From: Schizochytrium sp. TIO01
Taxonomy: Eukaryota; Protista; Bigyra: Labyrinthulomycetes
DNA: 64,000 bases
Direction: 5' to 3'
Assembly: GCA_004764695.1 (NCBI GenBank)
Contig: SMSO01000032.1
Location: forward strand, 620,001-684,000
In this document: positions 37,201-46,800 of the stretch, one piece after another
Layout of the letters: the number at the start of each line of letters is the position of its first letter
Position numbering within the stretch: position 1 is the stretch's first letter
Notes under the pieces: generated by a model
What the model was told of the DNA's origin: nothing
The model's input: only the letters and a program-made list of their open reading frames with translations
Database searches by the model: none
Position numbers and translations under genes: made by a program

Positions 37201-40200
37201 GAACCACAAATCCTCACCATCAGTTAGTCGAAGTATTGATGTTGCAGGCTCGTCACCATCCATAAGAAGCTTCACATGAACTCGACCGAGAGGCCTACTT
37301 GCAAGGCGCACACTATATTCGACAGGTTTTCCGCCTTCCACCACACGTAGAACACTCAACTCACGATTGTCTCCGTGCATGGTATTAGCAGGCGCCACGA
37401 CAACTCCCGGCTGAGAACGATGCGCAGATGAGCTTTCTAGAATCGTGACTCTAACAAAAGTTGGCTCGACAGAGGAAAAGACACCTTGCTTGGAACTCGA
37501 CACCTCTAGCCAGACTTGATCCTGATGTGTGCCCTCTACAAACTCATCCAAGTATGCTTGTAAGGCAACAACCTGTTCGGTATCATAGTTTGAGCTGTCA
37601 AAACGCAAAACTGGGTCTGCGAGCTTTGCTACAGTTGCACCAGTGCGACGAAGGCATTTGAAACCAAAAGGGCATTCGCTGTTTGTTGTACAACTGCGCC
37701 GCTCATTACCCATACCGAGTACTTCAGATAAACAAGTTCCATCACGAGCATTGACACGAACGTAAACAGTGGAACCAGATGATGGCGGCTGAGTTAAACG
37801 AACGCCAATAAACCCAGCACTGCCACCCTCCACTAGTGTCAATGATGATTGATTTACCAAAATACCAGCCGTCTCGTCATCAAGAATCTTCACAGGGACC
37901 GAAACAGAGTTTGCAGAAGCTCCCATTGAAGAAAAGAATGGGTCAATTGTGCCAACATCATGGAAAGATGCAAGACGGAAAGAAAGATCAGCATTGTATT
38001 GTGCCAAAGCTTGGGTAACCCTATCGTTCACTGCCTTGACTCGAAAGCTGGCACCCTTTGACCAAGCTTGAGGTTCGATCTTAAATACTGAGGGGACCAC
38101 CTCCAACTTATCACTATCAAAAACAGCTTCGATGTGCAAGGCTGTTCTAGGTTCGGCGCCCAAGTGCACAATGACTGTTTTCCACTGACTATCAGCCTCC
38201 TTTAGATTCAACATCAAAGGTGTTGCCGACAACTCTGGTACCCGAGTAGTATGTACATTTACTAGTGCAGCGCCGCTTGTATTCATGAAACGCTCGTCAT
38301 TAGCCGCAGTCACAACCCCGCGTGCGTAAATTGATCGGATTGCAGGGCCCGCCAAGGTTGTACTCTTGAGTGCAACTGAGACGGACTGTGGCGTATTCCA
38401 GTTTTCTTTGTTGAATACTAGAGTGCTTGGGCTAAACCGGACCAGGTCAACCGCCGGAGTGAGTGCAACACAGGTTTCGAGAAGAGGGCTTTCGCAGTCA
38501 GAAAGAGCATGCGAACATTTCTTTCCTACAGCCCCGGTCAATGTGTTAACACAAACCTGGGATGTAGAGGAGCTTTCTGCCATGGCAGAGCCGCTAGCCT
38601 GTATGCGCACCTGTACTTGCTCACCATGAGGCATTGAAGACAAGTGCACGAGCAACACGCCTTCCGAATCCTTATCCACCATTATCTCGCCAGCAGCAGC
38701 TCCATTCGCGCCTGAGGTCTCCACAATAACGCCAGCAGCATCCACATGAAACAATCCGACGTAAAAAGTATCATCCTTAGGTACAGAGCACGTGCAGTCA
38801 TGTGCAGAGCCAATGCATGCACCTTGTAGCACGCGGCCGTCAAACCCACGACCCATACACACGAGACCTCCAGCGTAACCACCAAGTGCTGGTAATCCCT
38901 CAATACGAACTCGCGTCTGCTTGCCAGGTGAGCCATTTGGAAAGACTACAACAGGGCTTGCTGTTTCGCAAAGAAACGGGTCGTGCATGAGCAGAGCATG
39001 AGCTCTACTGAAACCTTCCCGAATTGAGCGCTCTCCAACATTAGAAATCTTCACACTAAATTCTCCTGCGGACCGTGCAAAGGTGAAGAGATGCTGCCCA
39101 GGGAGAAGTTTCAGTAAAGGTAACACGGCATCCTGATGAACTTGAATAGCAACATCCGTACCACACGCAGATAGGCGCTCAGGCATGCTATCGTTTCCGT
39201 CGACAAGGCGTCGATTCAGGTTATCAAGGGTAGAGCTAACAAGATCGACCATTGACACCAAAGTCTCGGTATCAGATGCGCCCTCGAGTGCAAATGCCGC
39301 GGCCCCAAGCCGAAGAACAGCATCTTGTGAGGAAGATGGAAGCCTAGCGAGCAGGGCTAAGATTGGGCTTAGACGCACAAAGGTACTATTTCCGCGAAGA
39401 GTCTCAATAAGGCTGGCAAGAAAAGCATTGGCATCGTCAGCAGCCGGAGCAAAATGTTCGCACCTAGAGCCGTAATGGGATGGAGGGCACTGGCATACGA
39501 ACCGAACAGATTTTGACCAACTAGAATCCGCTTCACAAGAACCCAAAGGACCGCAGTCTGAATCAGAAGTACACATGGCCCCATGTTTGGAAGATGAAGC
39601 GGCAGTTTGCAAATGAGGATACAGCTCTGCAGCCCAAATAGAGTAGAGTTGCAGGACTCGCTCCGGCTCGGAGCTATGACTCGCAAGCTCGCTTTGCATG
39701 TACTGCGCCAAGCTACTACTGCCCAAGTCCAAAGATGATGCAAAAACTTTCGTAGACGCCACACATGCTTCCTCTGCTTGTGTAAATATCTCATGTTTGG
39801 GCTTTGAAACATGTGATCGAGCGAGACCCAAAACTACCCATTCGCCCGAAGGGATCACCGTGTCGAGATTGTTCAACTTGGTGTCAAAGCCGTATATAAT
39901 TGGAAGCCTCTCCGAAATACTACACGGTGAGACCCCTTGTACATAAGGGACCAGGGCGAATGAATATTCCACCTCGGTGTCGTGCTCGAGCCCAGACCAC
40001 CCATCCATACGTGCATGTACTGTGGAGACCGCACTTTGCATTGAGGTCTTGGAAAGAGAGATCTGGCCTGGAGCAGGTGCAACGTTCAGAGCAGAAATGA
40101 GGCCATTGATACTCTGATGCATATCAGGAGAAACTGGAAATGCGCCCTTTGCATATCTCTTACTAGACGAAGTAGCGCGGATGCGATGCTTAGCCAGATG

Positions 40201-40818
40201 GAGCCACTGGTGAGGCACCACGAGAGCATCTTTACCCAATGAAATTACCACGGTGGAATTGCTTACCCAGCGACAGATGGAATTTGTGCCTAAAGCAGTT
40301 GCAGTCGTTACAGTTTCTAAGGTGAATCCATTGCAGATGGAGTATTCTTCGGACGTCCCTGAAAATAAGGCTGAGCAATCTGAGCTACGGCTTTCGATAT
40401 CAACAGCTTGATCAAAGGTGACGACGAGGTGACGGCCTGAAGACGTCATATTCACGGAAACAAGGGTAGGAGCGGGACCCCATACCGGCGACGCAACTGC
40501 AGCAACCAGCACCGGAGTACTGAGAAGGGGGCAACATAGGTCAGCAGGAGATTGCGGTGAACAAGTCATCGACGTACCCGGAATATTCATCATTTGACCA
40601 CGGAGCATCTCCCTTTCCAGATCAGGATGCCCCGCACCCCACATTGAGGTCTCACAAGTCTTGCTTCGAAGTAGAGGACCATTGTAATTTTGATCCATGC
40701 TAGTTATCTCAAAGTTTACTTCTTGCAAACCATGCGCAGCGATTTCTTCCGAAACTTCGGGAGCCGCATCGAACAATTCCACAACTTGTGGCGTGGCCCA
40801 GTTTTGGGGTTCAAACAC
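31291..40818 (-). CDS. Giant protein segment 4 (3175 aa): REJ/EGF/GPS-like cassette, 12 Calx-beta-like repeats, TSP1, SEA-like, TM, 3 Tudor-like, PDZ
   Basis: Long ORF that begins mid-repeat (VFEPQNWATPQ) and ends at TGA 31291-31293. Confidence 0.93.
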   Translation of the reverse strand: MFEPQNWATPQVVELFDAAPEVSEEIAAHGLQEVNFEITSMDQNYNGPLLRSKTCETSMWGAGHPDLEREMLRGQMMNIPGTSMTCSPQSPADLCCPLLSTPVLVAAVASPVWGPAPTLVSVNMTSSGRHLVVTFDQAVDIESRSSDCSALFSGTSEEYSICNGFTLETVTTATALGTNSICRWVSNSTVVISLGKDALVVPHQWLHLAKHRIRATSSSKRYAKGAFPVSPDMHQSINGLISALNVAPAPGQISLSKTSMQSAVSTVHARMDGWSGLEHDTEVEYSFALVPYVQGVSPCSISERLPIIYGFDTKLNNLDTVIPSGEWVVLGLARSHVSKPKHEIFTQAEEACVASTKVFASSLDLGSSSLAQYMQSELASHSSEPERVLQLYSIWAAELYPHLQTAASSSKHGAMCTSDSDCGPLGSCEADSSWSKSVRFVCQCPPSHYGSRCEHFAPAADDANAFLASLIETLRGNSTFVRLSPILALLARLPSSSQDAVLRLGAAAFALEGASDTETLVSMVDLVSSTLDNLNRRLVDGNDSMPERLSACGTDVAIQVHQDAVLPLLKLLPGQHLFTFARSAGEFSVKISNVGERSIREGFSRAHALLMHDPFLCETASPVVVFPNGSPGKQTRVRIEGLPALGGYAGGLVCMGRGFDGRVLQGACIGSAHDCTCSVPKDDTFYVGLFHVDAAGVIVETSGANGAAAGEIMVDKDSEGVLLVHLSSMPHGEQVQVRIQASGSAMAESSSTSQVCVNTLTGAVGKKCSHALSDCESPLLETCVALTPAVDLVRFSPSTLVFNKENWNTPQSVSVALKSTTLAGPAIRSIYARGVVTAANDERFMNTSGAALVNVHTTRVPELSATPLMLNLKEADSQWKTVIVHLGAEPRTALHIEAVFDSDKLEVVPSVFKIEPQAWSKGASFRVKAVNDRVTQALAQYNADLSFRLASFHDVGTIDPFFSSMGASANSVSVPVKILDDETAGILVNQSSLTLVEGGSAGFIGVRLTQPPSSGSTVYVRVNARDGTCLSEVLGMGNERRSCTTNSECPFGFKCLRRTGATVAKLADPVLRFDSSNYDTEQVVALQAYLDEFVEGTHQDQVWLEVSSSKQGVFSSVEPTFVRVTILESSSAHRSQPGVVVAPANTMHGDNRELSVLRVVEGGKPVEYSVRLASRPLGRVHVKLLMDGDEPATSILRLTDGEDLWFHLNNWDVPQVVRLEARDVDAHFQPHRDSATVLHVLSSDSDHMYMDLGIQMNANVAVKVVDDDVPALRTDLTHMVLGEGETASLRVKLATRPAAGTSVKIHAVIHHGRCVSLQKGFSDIACSTNASCAVEGEDAWCFANSHATVVPSELDFTALNWNVQQTVRVEALEDHVMDGNFLNSLLRLTSESSSAEFDGLSLSVDVSIIDVDSTGLSFVTSTSYSQTEDPHGSNGDLSVIQVIEGNSAQYALSLSSRPLAPVHITVIQWPLRNDAQVFSEPSNMVFTQDNWDKPITVSVTPLNDGMHWPKGMVDTNSGIVALRHVLETEGSGYKDLPFVDLSVNVTDDEEPLARIKFPAGTDGLLRVFEQDGEQSSGYYEVVLTSLPPASAPTVVHVQASSGFCTQRVEGVEVSQIPLSHSFCSTNADCEAGQRCFMGTKVNVEPSKLVFTSLTWSQPQKVKVMAIDDNIAEEPIHLGQVQHYITRADQDLGFVDTVMVEIVDDDMASITLDRDTIQIIEGEDTDVSYQVRLTSEPLSPVLIDITTFHAAHVDLIELAPSAIEIAPSDWAVWHRVRVRAVHDEIASGKPLILSLIHRAVSLDSSYNALNHSLQVERMDNRDPEVQVSMRGGSSKLEVSEDGSAVQFSVALGSKPLKPVRVLVDASQGYCRVSGSTSPLPDFTRPCGLGVGNEVVVRSRQGEVRQCTCMTDMGLSVNQRWLDFTSEDWDLPQIVTVVAIDDSFAEPSSHNGWVRLSLDLEATLDPVYRSHFSGGKSRWLDARVLDNDYVGLAVGDGHDGKVNVEPELREIYAVQLTSQPFADVHLNVNADGLVRLEPQSLKIKSDEWNVPVTVRASSSGMFGGVNVSGTSGDIVQLRNVIVSSNDPAYKKLEPLVMDAYFVESSQVRLEVRSENPAMPVLKAMEGEGAFVRYMAVLSHMPESDVLIDIRSPPGHCLRSGLGGPSYTDGCWEAADCTNSGSVCYIGTGLSITPSSLKFTKDNWSLPQFVSVTKLDNFLDERANPAQPSVRRWHISHEVMSSDIRYASLPVTSMAVDLVDSKRAGVVFQIGKEPALSRLGSVHRLDTVEGTDMELGLALASEPWSEVVLSVTVLMPVFSGVDDGLHLTQKWTLRYDASTWNSTQRLHFKIPENELVDPKTRTGLIRIESASSDLLYASSSHEIALDILDNECRVGSWGPWSICDRACGPGFERRHREAYFPNGGSSGGCPYEMVSLRPCNLGSCANVKSNDPFEQMMLEVSFRFDIDVKHHDDRRVLMDMRARASHIDSIVASALEIEKSLVELDTLTELSEDQSGEGESFVVSLVIYMNATMNILDVETVVRKQLVDPASAVGKSLPGRLWTRAEDVVIRRHASKEFSYYCVASDTKSDAPTHAPTLIQRLHARSGGPVQLASKSDCLDCKSSVVQYCCPESSSSNDTCLIGLDDISMAFCRRSKVPERSCLNAAALSWKLIILCSTAGLLGAVLLLYVYLQLRPSLWHRKSSGKGKSRGRRSGRFMSTVLGFFGWSEPVQDTHSATSASSGKPGDLHRYSRLSSQPSETVQSSAELMGETGSLGDNDDQETSETTGLLKKSYESGREVDSRRLELYAGLFLQQPTPSEEKLSPATRVVVFYDFDSSYYCGSVLRRNMLDGTYAVLFDDGDEDDAVEPSAMRLLSGIEDLLAAKHHDRSRSPGSGLALDDAHAQSSQNGSTGSISSAAQSSATHLGATTSSSSFLEICRGDIVEVLDERTDRWQLARVMDGGDLPDFRVAFDDGSVEANVPRWRIQRFLPVNTPVRVVYGGEGAAFQGVVAAIVGDGQYIVRFSDGAEEPLPRQWLSPDDDSSLSAGEVELETDLLNFLLRGSDADDEPPQRVLEEVKHGSSSSFEVRFDTRHGLGLRLGRLPNNLVVVTGFKTLENNTKGPAELCGRLCAGDVLMSINGESTRGLNFSEVSTKIKESYPSITMRFCRVSSSATSSK

Positions 40819-43800
40819 AAGTTTGTTGGCGATGCGCGCAGCAGTGCGACTGTGCGATTCTCATGAGTGACACGACCAGAACATGGATCTTCATGGCGGA
40901 TCAAGATTGTGCGCGGTGGAACGTGGACTTGCACCATGACCTCATCGATTGGTGCAGATGTGAGACTCAGGTTGACAAAACTAGGTTTGCCCCCTGATAC
41001 AGTCACGCGATCGATACTCAATGCAAGGCCAGCCCAGTCCTTATCCATGGTGACAACTTCGATACCAGGGCCCGCACGCTCCTCCATATTATACAAGGAA
41101 TCACCGTCACAATGAGTGCTCGGGTAAATGACACCTACTGAAGGTTTGCCTCCAGCAGTTGGAAGTGTTTTGGCTAACACAGCAATAGTCTGAGACACAT
41201 TCCAAGATGCGCGATTAAACACCAAGGTAGTCGGAGCAACTGTAACCTCTGAAGGGCTGTGAAGTTGTACCTCAACAGATTCTGCTGTAGGCATGCTTTG
41301 AAGCGCAACTTCAACATGAGCCGGTGCCCCTGATTCAGACAAGTAAAGCATATTTGTATCAAAGATACCCCAGTGGCCTCTTTGTCACCAATAGAGATTG
41401 GAAGAGATCGACGTACCTCATTGTATGTTGGATCTGAACTCTCAGCAATATGCTCAAGACTAGCTGCTCCACGAGCAAACGCAAGATGGGCGTCAAAGGC
41501 ATCTTGGGCAACTGAAATTGTAATGGTTTGATCCACATTCCAATTGTTAGAGGTAAAGTTCACGACGGCAGGGTCCACAGTCACTCCCAAAGTTTGCAAG
41601 TCATTGTCACTACAACGGCAGTTTGCGTCCAAACGAGGGTTGCATAACTGACCAGCACACACTGTCATTGTAGGTAAAACAAAAACGCGAACTGCATATT
41701 TGCTTTTGTGCAAAGGCTCGGGCAAACTTGCGAGTGAGATTGAGTATTTGTACTTTCTCAAACCTTCTGACGAGTCTCCCAATGCAAGGCTTGACTGTGA
41801 CAATATAAGACCCTTTTCTCGGTCTGACGAAGCCCGCACATCAGCCAAGACCGAAAGATTTTCGTACAAGACATCTTTGTTGATTTGGGGAAATTCTGTT
41901 GACACGAAGGTCTTGCTTTCTAGAAATACTCCAGCAACAAGATTGATCCAAGACTCAACAGAAACCTTTGCTGCTGATGTACCGTGCGATTGGCAAGGCA
42001 TCACAACTTCAATAGACTGCCATGTATTCCATGATGATGGGGAAAAAGTAAGTTCAGAACGACTGAGCGATACCTTGGGGCGTTTGCTAGACCCAGAGCA
42101 GCCCCATTCTGAGAACATGGCCGCTTGAACAGGAGTTGCGAAAAAGTGAATCAATTTACCACTTTGGCCCGATCCAGAAGATGGAAATCGTGTTGATAGA
42201 CAGTCTATGTCTTGACACACAGCATACTCCAACAAACCTGAGCCCAACCAACGGAGAATCTTTAAAGTTTCCCATGAGTCACTTAACACAAAGAAGCCAA
42301 GTGCGTCCTTTGAGCCCCATGCAAGAAGCGACGAAGGGACACTGTCTTCAAGACCCAAAATAGAAGCCTCTCGCTTATCATGATACACAGTCATGGACGT
42401 AAACAAGGCGCAGCTATTGGAAGGGTCTACATGCTCGTTGCGAGCATTGACAACAACATTTGCTACAGGCTTACTTGCGAGTTTCACACGAATCGTGCCT
42501 GCATTGCCTTCTCCGCAGCCCTTCAACTGACTTGTTTCTACAATCAAATGTGCTTTGCGGCCGTGAGCGGGAATACTGACTGCTACACTTGGCAAAGCAA
42601 TAGTTTTATCGTCGGCCTCGTGGCGCAGAGCAATCCACGCTGCCCCCCATATGGCATCAGCAAACTCTAATGCTTCAGGGTTTTCTGAAATGATGAAACG
42701 AGCGGGGTCGTTACCAGGCGACAATAATTCCGAGGTAGGAGAAATCTGAAGACGAGAAACGCCAAGGTCGATACAATCACAGGTGGAGTCACACGATTGG
42801 TCACTGAGCGTACCGTCAGTATTCAGACAAAGCGCAGAAGTTTGTAGAGGCGAAATGCGAATAGACTTATCGAGATGGTCAGCTAGCTTCACAGCATACT
42901 CAGTTTCGCCCTTGCCCTGACCTAGATATAATGTTCGTGGCGCAATGTACACAGCACCATCATCGTCATCGCCAATAGACAGTGGGAGATCCCACGTAGC
43001 TTGAAAACCATCCAGGCTTAGTACATGACTCAAGATGGACGTTTGCAGTCCATCATGACGCATATCTTCCAAAGCTGTGACTGTGATATTAGTCGATGCG
43101 CCAAGTGAGAGTTCAATATCTGTAGGAAAGACATTCACCATCTTTGAGGCAGCAAGAATTGACAGATGAAAGGTAGGTTTTTCGGAATATCCAAGCGAGT
43201 TGCCCTCAGAGCGAACTCGGACTGAGTATACGCGTTGCTCCCCTTCGTCAAGAGACACAGCACTTTCGGAAAAGACTAGGTCAATAGAATTGAGAGCATC
43301 TGCAAACACGTCAACCATGAGCACCTGGCTAGGTAGGCCGTTCTGGCCATAGTTACGGTCCTTTGAATCGGTTCGCGCAACCAACCTAAATGAGTCTAAG
43401 CGATCCGCAACCATATCAAGGGTTTGCGCGACGTTCCAATTTTCGGGCGTGAAAGTCATTTCTGATGCACTCAGCGATGTTTTACCACGAGCACCCTGAA
43501 CTGATAGAAATACCGTAACAGTCGCCCAAGGTTTGGAACGTAGATGAAAGCTTGTTCTTGTGGCCCGGTTCACAGTTGCAGAAAGGCGACCATAGTTAGC
43601 ACCCTCCACCCAAACAATCCCAGGGACATCATTGTCAAGAATGAAGACCTTTACATATGTCGGTTCAGCTGCATTGGTTGCAGCCAAGGTGATAAGTGTG
43701 TGATCTTCAAAAGCCTCCACAATGTCATCATCAAAGGCTTGCAATAGAACAACCTGGGGAGCAGACCACGAAGTCTCTGTGAAGATAAGCTCATCAACGT

Positions 43801-46800
43801 TTGCATATGCCTTAGTACCCTGAATGCACTCATTTCCAAGAGCGCAATCGCTTCCGAGAGAACACATAGACCCAAATGCGGGCTCCTCATTCCGAGCGAT
43901 AGATTCGCAGTGGCCGCCAGGTACAGACAGCTTCACAACAACTGGACCTGAGCCTGGAAGGGGACGCGCATGCAGACGGACGGTAAACGCTGCAACCATA
44001 CCTCCTTCCTCCACAAAGACGTGTGACGTGGAGACCACCACACCACTATGAGGGGATGTATCTATTTCAATAGGTAATTCTGCTGCGGTAAGGTAACCAT
44101 ATGCATGATCTCGTGAGGAAACATGATGGAGAATCCGAGAAGCCATGATAGCCTCGGGAATAGAACAAGTTTCCCCAGTCACAGTAACTACCTGAGGAAC
44201 ATCCCAGTTTGTTAAATCAAAACGCAGAGTATTATCACCACGGTGGCCTTGACGAACTAGTTCTAGGCCTTCTCCGTCGATTGTTACCGACACGCGCACT
44301 GCACCAAAAGGTTTAGAACGCAGTTTCACAGAATACTGTTTCAATGCATTGTCTGCAAATCGCAGTGTTTCAATGCTGATTTCCAACCCCGCCTTGTCAG
44401 CATCAATCACGTTCACCATGAGATTTGACTTGCGTTCTTTATATCCAGGATCTTTCGTTAGCAAGGAATGGCTTACTGTAATATGTTGAACAGATGGTTC
44501 CGCAACATGATCAGGAACTCCTTGCACACGAATATGAACCGGCGTGGACCAATTTTGAGAAGTGAACATTGCTTGCTGCCCATACAATTGAACGGTAGTA
44601 TCCGTCAAGCAAGTTCCAGGAATAGCTCCCCATGAGCCCTTACAATCAGCATCGTGACTACAGAACTGATCAAAATGGGGTTCTTTTGCTTCACCCACGA
44701 GGCAGAATCCACTAGGTGCTTGCACAATAAGAACAGCAATAACTGGGGCAGAATCAGACTCTTTAGATATCTGAAGAGCAGTAGGTGAGTCGTGTAGGCA
44801 GCGGGCATTGAGATCCTGAGCTAAAGTCCGAAGGGATGATCCAAGCGGAACAGCTTGTTTCAGAGGCCGTATACAATCAGCACTAGATTCACAAGGCATG
44901 GTATGGTCCACGTCACGACCAGCGCCGTAACGGGCACAAAATCGATCACGCGGCTTCGATTGCAAGCGTAATTCATAAAACTTATCCTCGCCATCCTCAT
45001 TCACTTCAAGCACTTGTTTTGAAAGATGAATGCCTCCAGTATCATTGTCGATAACCCTGAGAGTTACAGTTTCAGAGAGACCCTTGAATCTTTCATCTCG
45101 AGTAACAACATGATGAACAAAGGAAACATGTCGCTGATTTCCAGTAGTCGGGTCGCCATCTGCGTATTCATCATCGTGAACCAGGAAGCGCACTGGTACA
45201 GGAGTGCTCCAGTTACTTGGTCCAAATGTAAGCTCGCACATCATATGGGCAACACAATCAGTTAATTCGATACCCGGAGACGTACTGATTTGAACAACAA
45301 CATGAGATAGAGGGCGCGATGCAAGCCAGAGTGAATAAGAACCGTAAGTGCCCTCATGAATAGGCTCCTCAGGCAGCCGGGTCTCGAGACGTGCGACATC
45401 TCGATCAAGAATGTCAATAAAAACACCAAGCAAATAGCGGTCATAAGCAGAGTCATATGCACTAGAGGCCTCCAGAAGGACCTTAGTGCGATGCCGTACA
45501 GATTCAGAAAGGCCATCCTGGAATGCGCTCAGACGCACAGCCTTGGGTACTTGCCAGTCCTTTTCCAGAAAGGTCACTGTGCCGGTTGGCAAAAGTGACT
45601 TTACCTTGGTCTCAACCTCACACCGCGAGGCTTCAAGGCAAGCCGATGTGTCACAATACGCACGGCAATCAGAATCAGATGAGCAGAAAAGTTCCTCGTT
45701 AGCAACGCCCTCGCCTGTGACACAATGGCCAGAGTAAGGGCGAACCGTAACATCAACGCGACCAGTCGGACGCTGGGCGAGTGACACATAAAATGTCAGG
45801 ATATCTTTGGAATCGGACGATGCTTCATCAACAACAAGTTGTTTAGCTGTAAACGGAATTGAGCCTGCTTGATCATGTAAAATTACAAGCATTGCTGAAG
45901 ATTCTTGACTCTGGTCATAATGAGCATCTTCAGGATCAAAGATATTGCAAAGGAGATCAGCTGCGCGAATTCCATTATAGAAAGGATCTTCTGAAGTTGC
46001 CCGGTGAACAAGGCGAGCTCGGTGAGGAGAGGGAACTTCACGAATACCATCTTCGATCGCAGTCACCGTTAGAGCATGCTCTTTGAACCATGCATTAGGT
46101 GTGATTGTGATTTCGCGACGTGATGTGACTACTTCAGAACTACTGCTAATAGAAATCGTCACTGGCGACCATGGTTGAGAACTAAGACGCACTGAATAGG
46201 TTTCTCCTGCCATACCCTCGGTTAGTGAGACACTGTAGCGACTGAGGATAATAGCGGGCTCCTTCGCTTCCTCCACAGCTAAAGTAATTGGTGCAGCAGC
46301 AAGGGAAGCGTACACAGGGTCGGGACTCTGAACACGGTGCGACACAAAGGTGCGCTGGCGAACTGGTTCAAGGATATCATCTTCAAGAGCATTCACTGTT
46401 ACCAGTTGTATGTCGTTCCAGTTCTCACTTGTATACACAAGCTGAGCCGGTGAAACCTCAATGGTGGCTAGCTTGAAGCAATATTGAGAAGAGACATCGC
46501 AATGTCCATCATAGCTGCACGGACGGCTGTAGTCAGGCAATGACCCTAAATCGCGACTTCTGCAGAAGCCGTCCATAGCGTGCAATGAGATAGTTGCAGC
46601 CATGTCTTGGTGAACAGAAGAAACCCAAGGTTTGCTCTTAAGGCGTACACCATATACAAATGTTTCACCCTCAGAAAGAACCACATTATCTAGAAGGGAC
46701 TGAGGCGATGTAACGAATTCTAAACCAACCTCATCATTGTCCTGAATTTCTACTTCTACATTAATAGGGTTGGTTTCAGCATAATCACCATCGAGAGAAT

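Noticed and set aside
44235-44243. RGD tripeptide (HRGDN) in one extracellular repeat
   Set aside because: One or two RGDs are expected by chance in ~10,900 aa, and it is not conserved among the repeats.
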